Assembly (NCBI GenBank): GCA_919902775.1
Contig: CAKKRJ010000012.1
Location: 81,728-145,727 of the forward strand
Direction: 5' to 3'
DNA from: Burkholderiaceae bacterium
GTDB lineage: Bacteria > Pseudomonadota > Gammaproteobacteria > Burkholderiales > Burkholderiaceae_C
Length of the DNA: 64,000 nt
Under the pieces are notes generated by a model. The model saw nothing but the letters and a program-made list of their open reading frames with translations, ran no database searches and was not told the origin of the DNA. Shown here piece by piece: positions 32,914 to 41,263 of this stretch. The translations under genes were made by a program, and so were the position numbers. Position 1 is the stretch's first letter; every line of letters starts with the position of its first letter.

Positions 32914-33507
32914 TTAATGCGCCTCACTGTCAGCCAACCTGTGCGGACTATTCATTAGGGTGAGAATTTCTGCACGAACAGAGTTTTGTCTTGCCTCCTT
33001 AACACCGTGAAGATCCCCGTACATCTCCACAAACTTCCATGCGTTTCCCTGCTCTTTTTGCAGATCAAAAAACTTTATTTCATAGGGATCTTCACTTGGT
33101 CGCCAAGGTAAATAAACCTCAAACCGAAGCTCGTTAAGAAGTCCAAACTCATGGCTACCGCGAATTGCATCGGATAGCTTGCTCAATTTGCGATTAGCCC
33201 AGAAACGATTCAACCCACCCTCAAAAAAACTAAGGTTCGCCGTTTTGCATAGGGCAGAGTACTCATTTTGATTCTCTTTAATAGCTTTACTTGCTTCCAG
33301 TATTTGGACACGCTTAACTTCGCGTAGCTCTTCAATTGCGACAAATTTTCCCAAGTGCCAACCACGCTCCCAATCAAAATGGGCAAGCTCATCTCTGTTA
33401 ATTGAAGCGGCGCTTGGCAACAACAAAGGATGCGGATTGGTTTCTAAAGTCAATCCACCTTTAGCCGACAAAAAGCCATCAAAAAATATTTCATTTTTAT
33501 TGGTCAT
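32914..33507 (-). CDS. Hypothetical protein (island cargo)
   Basis: AT-rich ORF, third in the cargo operon; start taken at MTNKNE. Confidence 0.6.
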   Translation of the reverse strand: MTNKNEIFFDGFLSAKGGLTLETNPHPLLLPSAASINRDELAHFDWERGWHLGKFVAIEELREVKRVQILEASKAIKENQNEYSALCKTANLSFFEGGLNRFWANRKLSKLSDAIRGSHEFGLLNELRFEVYLPWRPSEDPYEIKFFDLQKEQGNAWKFVEMYGDLHGVKEARQNSVRAEILTLMNSPHRLADSEAH

Positions 33508-33526
33508 TGCTTTTGAGTCTTCAGGA

Positions 33527-34060
33527 TCAGATGCATTGCGCCACATAACGGTTGAGGTCATCGCGAACGTTTTCAATTGACATAAAAGCCCCCCATCTAA
33601 AGTCACTGCCGTTTTCTATCCAAGCACCTAAGGTTTGTGCTTTTTTTAATGCATTGACTTGCACCGCATCTAAAGGGCGAAAAATCCAAATTGTGCTTTC
33701 AGCAACTTGAGCATCAGCGCTACCTTGCGCCTGGAGAATTTCGTCTGAATCAATTTCCAAGTAGTTCTTTGTCGCTTTTTCAAGTACGGCAGCAGATAGC
33801 TCTGGCGTTGTGACAATACCAGCATTCCAGTACATGCGCCCCTCTATACAAGAAAAAAGAAATCTTGCAACAACCTCAGCGTGCTCTTGCTCCAGTCGTA
33901 GATAGGCAGGCCCACCGTCAACCGGTTTCAATAGAGCCGTTGTCGGTAATGAGCCATTCGCTGAATTGGTTCCAAGATTTGTGCGGTCTAAACCAATCGC
34001 TATGCTAGCAATCACTATCAATATAGCCAGTGCTAATCCTAGTCTTTTAGGTGTCACCAT
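33527..34060 (-). CDS. Membrane-anchored or secreted hypothetical protein (island cargo)
   Basis: N-terminal hydrophobic helix LGLALAILIVIASIAIGL; GAAGG RBS. Confidence 0.65.
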   Translation of the reverse strand: MVTPKRLGLALAILIVIASIAIGLDRTNLGTNSANGSLPTTALLKPVDGGPAYLRLEQEHAEVVARFLFSCIEGRMYWNAGIVTTPELSAAVLEKATKNYLEIDSDEILQAQGSADAQVAESTIWIFRPLDAVQVNALKKAQTLGAWIENGSDFRWGAFMSIENVRDDLNRYVAQCI

Positions 34061-34072
34061 TTTTGCGAGCCT

Positions 34073-35680
34073 TCATGACAGTTTTTCTTGAAATTTAGTG
34101 ACATCCACAAGTTTGTAAGCGGCGACCAGCTCATCCTGAATTGCGCGCATGATCGCCCGCACATCACTCCAATGTGAAATGAACTCTTTGATACGGGGAT
34201 ATGCCTTTTGTCGCTCAAAAGGTGGCAAGCTCTGATCAGCCTCATGCTCCCACCAATGCCTGTAATCTGCTTGCCACGTTTCGAGGAAAGGGCGTAGTAC
34301 ATCTCGCATAGCTCGATGAATCATCGCACCCAAATGATTCTCAACTTTCAGTTGACCAATAGTGCCAACTGGAAAGTTGCGCATGATTTTTCGAGCCTCG
34401 CCAAAGAAGGTGTACACAGAGCCAAGGCTCTCTGAAAAAACTTCACCAGAAAAATCTGTGCAATCTGGATCTTTCGTCTTTCCAGTAAGTGCAACACGAG
34501 TTGCGAGCTCGGTATAAAGCTCCCATGCGCATTGGCGATCAGCCGAATCTGCATTGATTTGCCCTAGGAAGTGTTCGGCGAGCAGACGCACATCTATACC
34601 CCTGTCGCGCAAGGGCGGCAATCGCAATATGCCTACTGCCAATCGATGAAACAAGTCCTCACGAAACCGACCAGCTCCCACATCCGAGATCAAGTCACGA
34701 TGGGTAGCAGCAACCACTCGGACGTTGACCTTCACGGGGCTGGATTGCCCTAGGGGCGTGATTTCCTGTGCCTGCAAAGCTCGCAGTAAGCGCACTTGAG
34801 TATCCAGAGGCAGGTCTCCCACCTCATCCAAAAAGAGTGTGCCACCAGAGGCAGTTTGAAAGTGACCCTTTCTTTCTGTGGACGCCCCCGTAAAGGCTCC
34901 ACGCTTATGACCAAAAAGCTCTGAATTGGCCAACTCGGGCGACAAGGCACCACAGTTAACTGCGATAAACGCGTGCTGTGACCTAGGACTAGCTGCATGG
35001 ATGGCCTCTGCGAAAAGCTCTTTGCCCGTGCCCGTCTCGCCAAGGATCAACACCGGCACATCAAAGACTGCCACACGCCTTGCCAAATGGATTTGCTCGG
35101 CCACCTGAGGGCTGGCGTGGATGATTTTTCCAAACTCAGGAGGAGCGAGTTGCTTCACGTTGGTCAGGCGCTTGACACGCTCACCGCTGCGCTTGAGGTA
35201 CTCAGGTAAGAAATCGCTGGCCAAGTCAAAAGGGAAGTCCACCGAATGGACGCCCCCATGCCTTGAGGTTTGAATCAACTTGGCCGGAAATCGCGTCTTG
35301 GCCAAGATAATCCAAATAGCCGCCATTGCTGGGGTGCCCGGACTCAGATGAAAAGTCAGCGATACATCATCCCTAGGCAAGCCCGCTTCAGACAAGTTGC
35401 GACTGACTTGGTTGTAAATATCGGTGTAGTCAATTGGACTAACCAAGTCAACACTGTAGAGGTCAACAGTAGATGAGGAATATGCAGTCAAGGATTCAAG
35501 CCATGTGCAGAAGTTTTTGCTGCGCTCGAAGTCATAGTTGGTCAAAAGATACACGCGGTCATACCGCACGGCCCCCATCAAAGACGAAACAATAGGCCCT
35601 AAATCATCACCCCGCAGACCTTCAGCGCACTCGTGGTCAGCGACTCCAATCCACGCCACTAGATATTTTTTTTGAATCAT
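34073..35680 (-). CDS. CARF-like + sigma54-activator AAA+ protein fused to an unrelated C-terminal domain (no HTH)
   Basis: N-terminal FHLSPGTPAM; GETGTGKE, GAFTGA, LFLDEVG, FREDLFHRL; lacks WPGNxREL and Fis-HTH, continues as DRQCAWELYTELATRV... Confidence 0.8.
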   Translation of the reverse strand: MIQKKYLVAWIGVADHECAEGLRGDDLGPIVSSLMGAVRYDRVYLLTNYDFERSKNFCTWLESLTAYSSSTVDLYSVDLVSPIDYTDIYNQVSRNLSEAGLPRDDVSLTFHLSPGTPAMAAIWIILAKTRFPAKLIQTSRHGGVHSVDFPFDLASDFLPEYLKRSGERVKRLTNVKQLAPPEFGKIIHASPQVAEQIHLARRVAVFDVPVLILGETGTGKELFAEAIHAASPRSQHAFIAVNCGALSPELANSELFGHKRGAFTGASTERKGHFQTASGGTLFLDEVGDLPLDTQVRLLRALQAQEITPLGQSSPVKVNVRVVAATHRDLISDVGAGRFREDLFHRLAVGILRLPPLRDRGIDVRLLAEHFLGQINADSADRQCAWELYTELATRVALTGKTKDPDCTDFSGEVFSESLGSVYTFFGEARKIMRNFPVGTIGQLKVENHLGAMIHRAMRDVLRPFLETWQADYRHWWEHEADQSLPPFERQKAYPRIKEFISHWSDVRAIMRAIQDELVAAYKLVDVTKFQEKLS

Positions 35681-35842
35681 TTTCAGAAGTGCTAGCCTGC
35701 AACCTAATCATTTTGCTCCAAAAAGCAGGTAGGCACGTGCAAAAAAAAATTGAACGCCCTGTCTGCAATTTGTTTGAGCATTACTTATCGTTGCAGGTAG
35801 TTAGCCATGAGTATGGCTACGACCATGTACAAGTGAATCAGT

Positions 35843-35869
35843 GCGTACCCGGTGCGTACCGCGTACCCG
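35843..35869 (+). repeat. Three copies of GCGTACC
   Basis: gcgtacc at 35843, 35854 and 35861. Confidence 0.7.
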
Positions 35870-35984
35870 GATTTCAGTCCTATCGGTAGACAAATCTGGC
35901 GCTTTTGCCCCCCGCATAGGTTCTTGGCAGGGAAGGACCCAGAAAATCTAGAACCCATCTGCTTTTTGCTTAAATCTTGAGCAC

Positions 35985-36064
35985 ATTCGCAAAGATTCGC
36001 ACGGGTTCGCATTGCATCAAAATCAATGGCTACGCGATCTTTCGCGGGATTCGCACGTTTCGCA
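35985..36064 (-). repeat. Iteron-like array A (six TTCGC)
   Basis: TTCGC at 35986, 35996, 36006, 36041, 36050, 36059. Confidence 0.9.
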
Positions 36065-36084
36065 ACGCAACAGCCAAATATTGA

Positions 36085-37023
36085 ATGAGCACATCACCGT
36101 TTGAAGACAATTCAGCTGGTCACCTGGTGGGAGCATTCAACCCACTGAATGATGACCTCAATGACTTATGTGAGCGCCATGACCAGTGCTTGCTGTGGCC
36201 TGAAGTCTCGCCAGAGTTCTCACGGCTCGAAGAAATCATCTGGAAAGCCCAGACCCTTTTACGACCGCTGCAGACATTCGGCCCACCTCAATGGGCTATT
36301 GATGCAGGGCTTGGCATCTCAAGATCCAACTCGGCCATCCATCAATACATGGAACGGTATGAAACGTATCCCGCTGCAGCGAGGGCGCTATGGACTACTC
36401 GGATCCCTAAAACTGGCACCACGTTATCTGATTCAGAAATCTATGCGCTGCTGGCAATCGATGAAGCACGGATGGCCGCTGAGTATTACTGTGAGATCGT
36501 AGATGGCATTGAAGATGCCATTGACCCGCTGGAGCACGATGCCAAAGGCACTGCGCACATAACCGCTATCCGCATGGAGTCTGCCGCTTGGGAACGTGAG
36601 CTCTGGCACAGCGCCGCTCAGCAAACTGGCACCGCCGAAAAATTCTTGATCATGGCGTCGTTTGCGCAGGGCCAGTCAGCTGCGTCACCACAGACTCGCC
36701 AAGCGGAAGCAACCATCGCAACACTCGAGAGAAAAGCACGAGCCACCAAAGCCGCGCTTGAGCCATACCGTACCGGACGCAAGCCCCAAGCCTATGGCGT
36801 GTTCAAGAAAGCGTTGATCACCATCGCGCGTGAGGCTGACAGTTTTGATGTTGACGTAGTCATGGGGTACATCGACCAGATCTACGACGAGCCCATTGAG
36901 AACATCCGCATCACCGACGTCATCAATGACCAGGTGCATTACGTCGATTTACGCAAAAACCTCGAAAAGTCCATCGCCGTTAAGGACCTGAAAGCCGCAC
37001 TGCATCAGCTCTCGCGAATTTAG
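36085..37023 (+). CDS. Hypothetical protein upstream of alpA-like gene
   Basis: 312-aa ORF, no recognised motif. Confidence 0.65.
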   Translation: MSTSPFEDNSAGHLVGAFNPLNDDLNDLCERHDQCLLWPEVSPEFSRLEEIIWKAQTLLRPLQTFGPPQWAIDAGLGISRSNSAIHQYMERYETYPAAARALWTTRIPKTGTTLSDSEIYALLAIDEARMAAEYYCEIVDGIEDAIDPLEHDAKGTAHITAIRMESAAWERELWHSAAQQTGTAEKFLIMASFAQGQSAASPQTRQAEATIATLERKARATKAALEPYRTGRKPQAYGVFKKALITIAREADSFDVDVVMGYIDQIYDEPIENIRITDVINDQVHYVDLRKNLEKSIAVKDLKAALHQLSRI

Positions 37024-37104
37024 CGCTATTTTCACCACCCCATTTTTTAACCTGCCGGACATCAACGCAGCCATGCGTACAACGATGAAAGGCAGTCAAG
37101 GCAA

Positions 37105-37338
37105 ATGGGGATCGATAACGCAGAGCGCATCAGCGCTCTTCTCACGGAAATTCAAGCCGCAAGGCTCTTATGCATCCAGCCCGCAACACTCGCGAGCTGG
37201 CGTCTGCACGGTCGGGTAGACCTACCCTTTGTTCGGGTGGGACGTTGCATTCGTTACCGCCGCAGCGACATCACCAACTTCATTGAGCACAACACCAAGC
37301 AAGGTGGCGCGCCCCGCTTCGAACAGGAGCAGGTATGA
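37105..37338 (+). CDS. AlpA/Xis-like HTH DNA-binding protein
   Basis: LLTEIQAARLLCIQPATLASWR...PFVRVGRCIRYRRSDI. Confidence 0.88.
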   Translation: MGIDNAERISALLTEIQAARLLCIQPATLASWRLHGRVDLPFVRVGRCIRYRRSDITNFIEHNTKQGGAPRFEQEQV

Positions 37339-38813
37339 CATTAGGTGTACCCAGCGGTTCGACACTTCGCCCAGATTGGGCCAAGCAGAAATACCCAGAC
37401 CCACTGCCACTCACACGCGAGTTGGCACCACCCTCACCTTTCCCAGCTCAAGCGCTCGGCAGTATTGGTTCATCTGTCGTGAACAAGATGCACCAAGTCA
37501 TTCAGGCCCCAGTTGCACTGATTGGTCAATCCATTCTGGGGGCGATGAATCAAGTGGCGCAGCCTTACGGCAACGTGTGCATTGATGGTCGCGTGTCACC
37601 ACTATCGGACTACTTCCTGACCTTAGGTGAATCAGGCGAACGTAAATCTGCAGCGGACAGTTGGGCGCTTGCGGGGGTTCGCGCGCGTCAACGTCACCTG
37701 ACAGGTAAATACGAAACCGATCGCGAGGCATTCGAAAAAACGCTGCAGGTTTATGAGATCGCAATCAAACGTGTCCTAAACGACAAGAAGCTCAGCGCCG
37801 ACACCAAAGAAGCCCAGCTAGCAGCATTAGAAAAACCAACCGCACCAGTCATGCCGCTCATGATCGTGTCGGAACCAAGCAGCGAAGCCATTCAACGCCA
37901 ACTCATCATTGGCCTGCCATCCATTGGTCTGGTCAACGATGAAGGCGGACAGTTTCTGGGTGGCTACGCCATGAGCGCAGAAAAGCGCCTCGGCACCTTA
38001 ACCACCCTCTCGCGTTTATGGGACCGAGGTGAGTTTGATCGAGTGCGCGTTGGTGACGGGTCCGGCAGCTATTTCGGTAAGCGCCTGAGCCTGCACTTGA
38101 TGGTCCAACCTGCCGTGGCCACATCGCTACTTGCAGATCCACTGGCGCGTGAACAGGGTTTTCTGGCGCGATGCCTCATCAGCTATCCCGAGACCACGGC
38201 TGGGCAACGTTCGTATGTCGAGACAGATCTGAGCCACACCGATGAGTACCAAGCCTACTCACAGCGCATTGATGCACTGCTGGCGAATGAGTGGCCACTT
38301 GCTAACGAGCATGAACTCAACCCACCCAACTTGTTTTTGACGAGTTCAGCCAAACGCGCATGGGTTGCTATCTACAACGATTTGGAAGCAGACCTTGGAC
38401 CTGGTGGCACCTACGTTTCTGTGCGTTCACTGGCCTCCAAAGCCTCAGAACACATTGCCCGATTGGCGGGGACATTGGCTGTCTTCGATGGTGACCGTGA
38501 AATTCACGAAGAGCAGGTAGACCGCGCTTTTCACCTCATGCTGCATTACCTCGATGAAGCCATGCGGCTTTGGGGTTCAGGACAGGTGAAGGCAGAGCTG
38601 CGTCTCGCACAAGAACTGCTGGAGTGGTTGCGCGACAAGCTTGGCCCGGGTCGTGCCATCTCCTTAGCTGAGGTTTATCGCAACGGCCCTTCGCCCCTGC
38701 GCAGCGCATCTGCTGCCCGACAAGTCATGCGTGTGCTCATAGAGCACGGCTGGGTTATGCCTGCCGCACATCCCAAAGCAACTGAAGCCTATGAGCTTGT
38801 GGGGGTCGCATGA
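37335..38813 (+). CDS. YfjI/DUF3987 family protein (putative replication helicase/primase partner)
   Basis: PFPAQAL, GESGERKS Walker A, DEGGQ Walker B, LWD, QGFLARCL, C-terminal wHTH. Confidence 0.85.
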   Translation: MTLGVPSGSTLRPDWAKQKYPDPLPLTRELAPPSPFPAQALGSIGSSVVNKMHQVIQAPVALIGQSILGAMNQVAQPYGNVCIDGRVSPLSDYFLTLGESGERKSAADSWALAGVRARQRHLTGKYETDREAFEKTLQVYEIAIKRVLNDKKLSADTKEAQLAALEKPTAPVMPLMIVSEPSSEAIQRQLIIGLPSIGLVNDEGGQFLGGYAMSAEKRLGTLTTLSRLWDRGEFDRVRVGDGSGSYFGKRLSLHLMVQPAVATSLLADPLAREQGFLARCLISYPETTAGQRSYVETDLSHTDEYQAYSQRIDALLANEWPLANEHELNPPNLFLTSSAKRAWVAIYNDLEADLGPGGTYVSVRSLASKASEHIARLAGTLAVFDGDREIHEEQVDRAFHLMLHYLDEAMRLWGSGQVKAELRLAQELLEWLRDKLGPGRAISLAEVYRNGPSPLRSASAARQVMRVLIEHGWVMPAAHPKATEAYELVGVA

Positions 38814-38838
38814 AAAAACAAATTACCGCGCGGTCCCC

Positions 38839-38918
38839 TGCGAATTTTGCGAATCCCGCGAAAAGCCGCATGGCTATTGGCCTCACCCCAATGCGAAAGC
38901 TTGCGAATCTTTGCGAAT
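38839..38918 (+). repeat. Iteron-like array B (six GCGAA), inverted copy of array A; candidate origin
   Basis: GCGAA at 38840, 38849, 38858, 38893, 38903, 38913, directly after the DUF3987 stop. Confidence 0.9.
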
Positions 38919-39030
38919 CGCAAAGCCCCACCGTTTCCAACGCTCAGCCTCCCAGCGTTCCCTCTATCCAAGAGGAGGCACCTGCACAACTTGATTCAAC
39001 ACAACTCAACCAAAACCCGAAAGGACTCGC

Positions 39031-39867
39031 ATGCAACTAAACCCGTTCAAAAAATCCGGCGCTTATTACAACGGCATCAAAAGCAAATACGAAGCGTTGA
39101 CACGCCAGGTCGAAAGCACGACCACCGAGCTGGCCACGGCAAAGGCAAACCACCTGCAACGAAACACGGCTTATCAGGAAATGCTCGAAGCTTCAAAGCT
39201 GTCTCGCTCCAGTCCTGCCGATCGTCAGGTTCTGGCGCATCTCAACCATGCTGAATCACAAGTTCAAACGCTTGACATACATCTGCGTCATTTGAATTCG
39301 CAAGTGATGGATTTGTTACCAACGGTCAATGCGCCAGAGGACCTGAAAAAGGTCAAGGGCGAGATAGCGGCGCTTGCACGTCATGAGGCAGAACTGAATG
39401 CAACGTCTGAAAAAACGCAAACCCAAATCGAGAAATTTGACGAGCGCATCACCGTTCTTGAAGAACGCATCTTGCAAGAGACCCAAGTAGCTGCGCAATC
39501 GATGCTTGAGTCAGAAGGTGACTTCGTGACCCCTGAATCGCTTTCCAAGCTGGATGTCGAGTTGCGAATTGCACAGGTCACGCAAAAAGAGCTCAAAGCC
39601 AAACAGGAGCTGCTGCGCAAAGAGCTTGCATCACTTCCTGTCAAGCATCGCGAACTGCATCGCAGCCTTGTCGTCAACCGAGCGCTGGTGGCCGAGATTG
39701 ATTCACGCGAGGCTTTGCTACCAGTGATGAAGTTGATCGCCCGAGCCGCCATCACCAAACATGAAGCTGGACACACCAATCAGTCGGATTCTTATGTGAT
39801 CGACATACCGCCTGAATTGTCAGATGCAGTGGAGGCCGAACTGGCATCCGAGTCATCTACCTCATAA
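39031..39867 (+). CDS. Coiled-coil hypothetical protein
   Basis: AAGGA RBS; long heptad-rich E/K/L/Q helical sequence. Confidence 0.7.
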   Translation: MQLNPFKKSGAYYNGIKSKYEALTRQVESTTTELATAKANHLQRNTAYQEMLEASKLSRSSPADRQVLAHLNHAESQVQTLDIHLRHLNSQVMDLLPTVNAPEDLKKVKGEIAALARHEAELNATSEKTQTQIEKFDERITVLEERILQETQVAAQSMLESEGDFVTPESLSKLDVELRIAQVTQKELKAKQELLRKELASLPVKHRELHRSLVVNRALVAEIDSREALLPVMKLIARAAITKHEAGHTNQSDSYVIDIPPELSDAVEAELASESSTS

Positions 39868-40028
39868 GAACTTGGATGACAGCGAGGCGAGGCATAGCTG
39901 TCATCCATTGGTGCATTTGGTTGCGCACTTGCACCACTCCTTAGAGCCATGCGACGTAAAGCCCGCCGGTGCTGACTGTGAAAGGCATTGCAGAAAACCG
40001 GCAACCCCTAATTTTTGAAAGACCAAAC

Positions 40029-40418
40029 ATGAAAGAAACAACAGACACCGTGGCGTCGCCGATGCCCAACGCACCCACTCCTAAGGAGATGGAAAACCTC
40101 GTCATCAACTGGTTCAAGGCGGGCCTGTCCATCGAATGGATTCCGCTTGATTACACAGAAATCGCGACACCGAGTTTTACAAGCTACTTCGAACACCTGT
40201 GCAATGAACACGCGCCATGGATTCTTCACACGCCCATGGACCTTCACAACTTACCCGAAGGCCTAACCGGATGGTTGATGCCCAGCGGGCATGGCGACAC
40301 GTTCGTGGTCTGCGGTTATTGGGATGGTGAAGTCGCATTCATGTTGATGACACATCCCGATACAGGCGAGGTGGTGACCTACCGAACCAGCGGTCACGGC
40401 AAGGGGGTTGTTCACTAA
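40029..40418 (+). CDS. Hypothetical protein
   Basis: ORF from MKETTD; no recognised motif. Confidence 0.55.
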   Translation: MKETTDTVASPMPNAPTPKEMENLVINWFKAGLSIEWIPLDYTEIATPSFTSYFEHLCNEHAPWILHTPMDLHNLPEGLTGWLMPSGHGDTFVVCGYWDGEVAFMLMTHPDTGEVVTYRTSGHGKGVVH

Positions 40419-40570
40419 GTCGCCCGGTATCGGCCACAGGCTGTCCGAATTGAGCAAATCGCCCGCTTCTTAATGGGCGAATAGCAATTTATGACTTTGC
40501 TTTTGGCTCAAACAGAGCGTTCATAGAGACCCATTCAAAAACTTTGATCAAACCATTGAAGGAGCACCTC

Positions 40571-40813
40571 ATGACAACTACCCACCAGGTCCATGTGACC
40601 GACACCAACAACAGGTCTCGCGGCCTGATGTCCGTCGACATCGATTTCGATGACGTCGGCCCTTGCCTGCTGAGCCACGATGGTCAGCAATATGTCTTCA
40701 CCCACAAATCTGGCGTGAGCTCAGAAACCGGAGTTGCCGTACGTGAGATGGCAACGCCCTCTGACGCACGGTTGTGGATCACGCTTGATGCCACTTGCAT
40801 ATGGGAGGACTGA
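40571..40813 (+). CDS. Small hypothetical protein preceding DUF2924
   Basis: AAGGAG RBS; closely spaced with the next gene. Confidence 0.7.
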   Translation: MTTTHQVHVTDTNNRSRGLMSVDIDFDDVGPCLLSHDGQQYVFTHKSGVSSETGVAVREMATPSDARLWITLDATCIWED

Positions 40814-40814
40814 G

Positions 40815-41252
40815 ATGGAACAAACAACACCATCTGTCATCTCCCAAGTCGCAGCGTTGCGCACCATGCCCATCAAAGATCTCTGGTTGATGTGGGACAA
40901 GTTCTACGCCAAACGACCCACCACCACAACGCGTGACTATCTCAGCTCGCGGCTTGCCTACAGGATTCAGGAGCAAGCCTTTGGTGGCATGACCCCTGAT
41001 ATCAAACGCCGCCTCATGCGTTTGGGTGAAAGTCAATCCAAATTGGGCAACCGCATCTACCCCTTGCACGAAGTACTACCCGGCACGGTATTTGTGCGCG
41101 ACTTTGGTCCCAACTCATATCGCGTGACCGTCACACCCGAAGGTCGCTTCGAACTCGATGGCAAAGAGTTCAAGAGTCTCAGTGCTGCAGCCCGACACAT
41201 CACCGGCACCCAATGGTCGGGTCCTAAGTTTTTTGGTTTGGTCAAAGATTGA
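40815..41252 (+). CDS. DUF2924 domain protein
   Basis: RLAYRIQEQAFGG, PGTVFVR, KSLSAAARHITGTQWSGPKFFGL. Confidence 0.9.
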   Translation: MEQTTPSVISQVAALRTMPIKDLWLMWDKFYAKRPTTTTRDYLSSRLAYRIQEQAFGGMTPDIKRRLMRLGESQSKLGNRIYPLHEVLPGTVFVRDFGPNSYRVTVTPEGRFELDGKEFKSLSAAARHITGTQWSGPKFFGLVKD

Positions 41253-41263
41253 AAGGCAACAAC

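Noticed and set aside
35985-36064. Possible CRISPR or mini-array
   Set aside because: Repeats are 5-7 bp with 9-10 bp period, no 25-40 bp repeat-spacer structure and no cas genes
38810-39040. 76-aa ORF after DUF3987 with repeated ANFANP/ANLCES
   Set aside because: The peptide repeats are just the translation of iteron array B; likely non-coding despite the ATGA overlap
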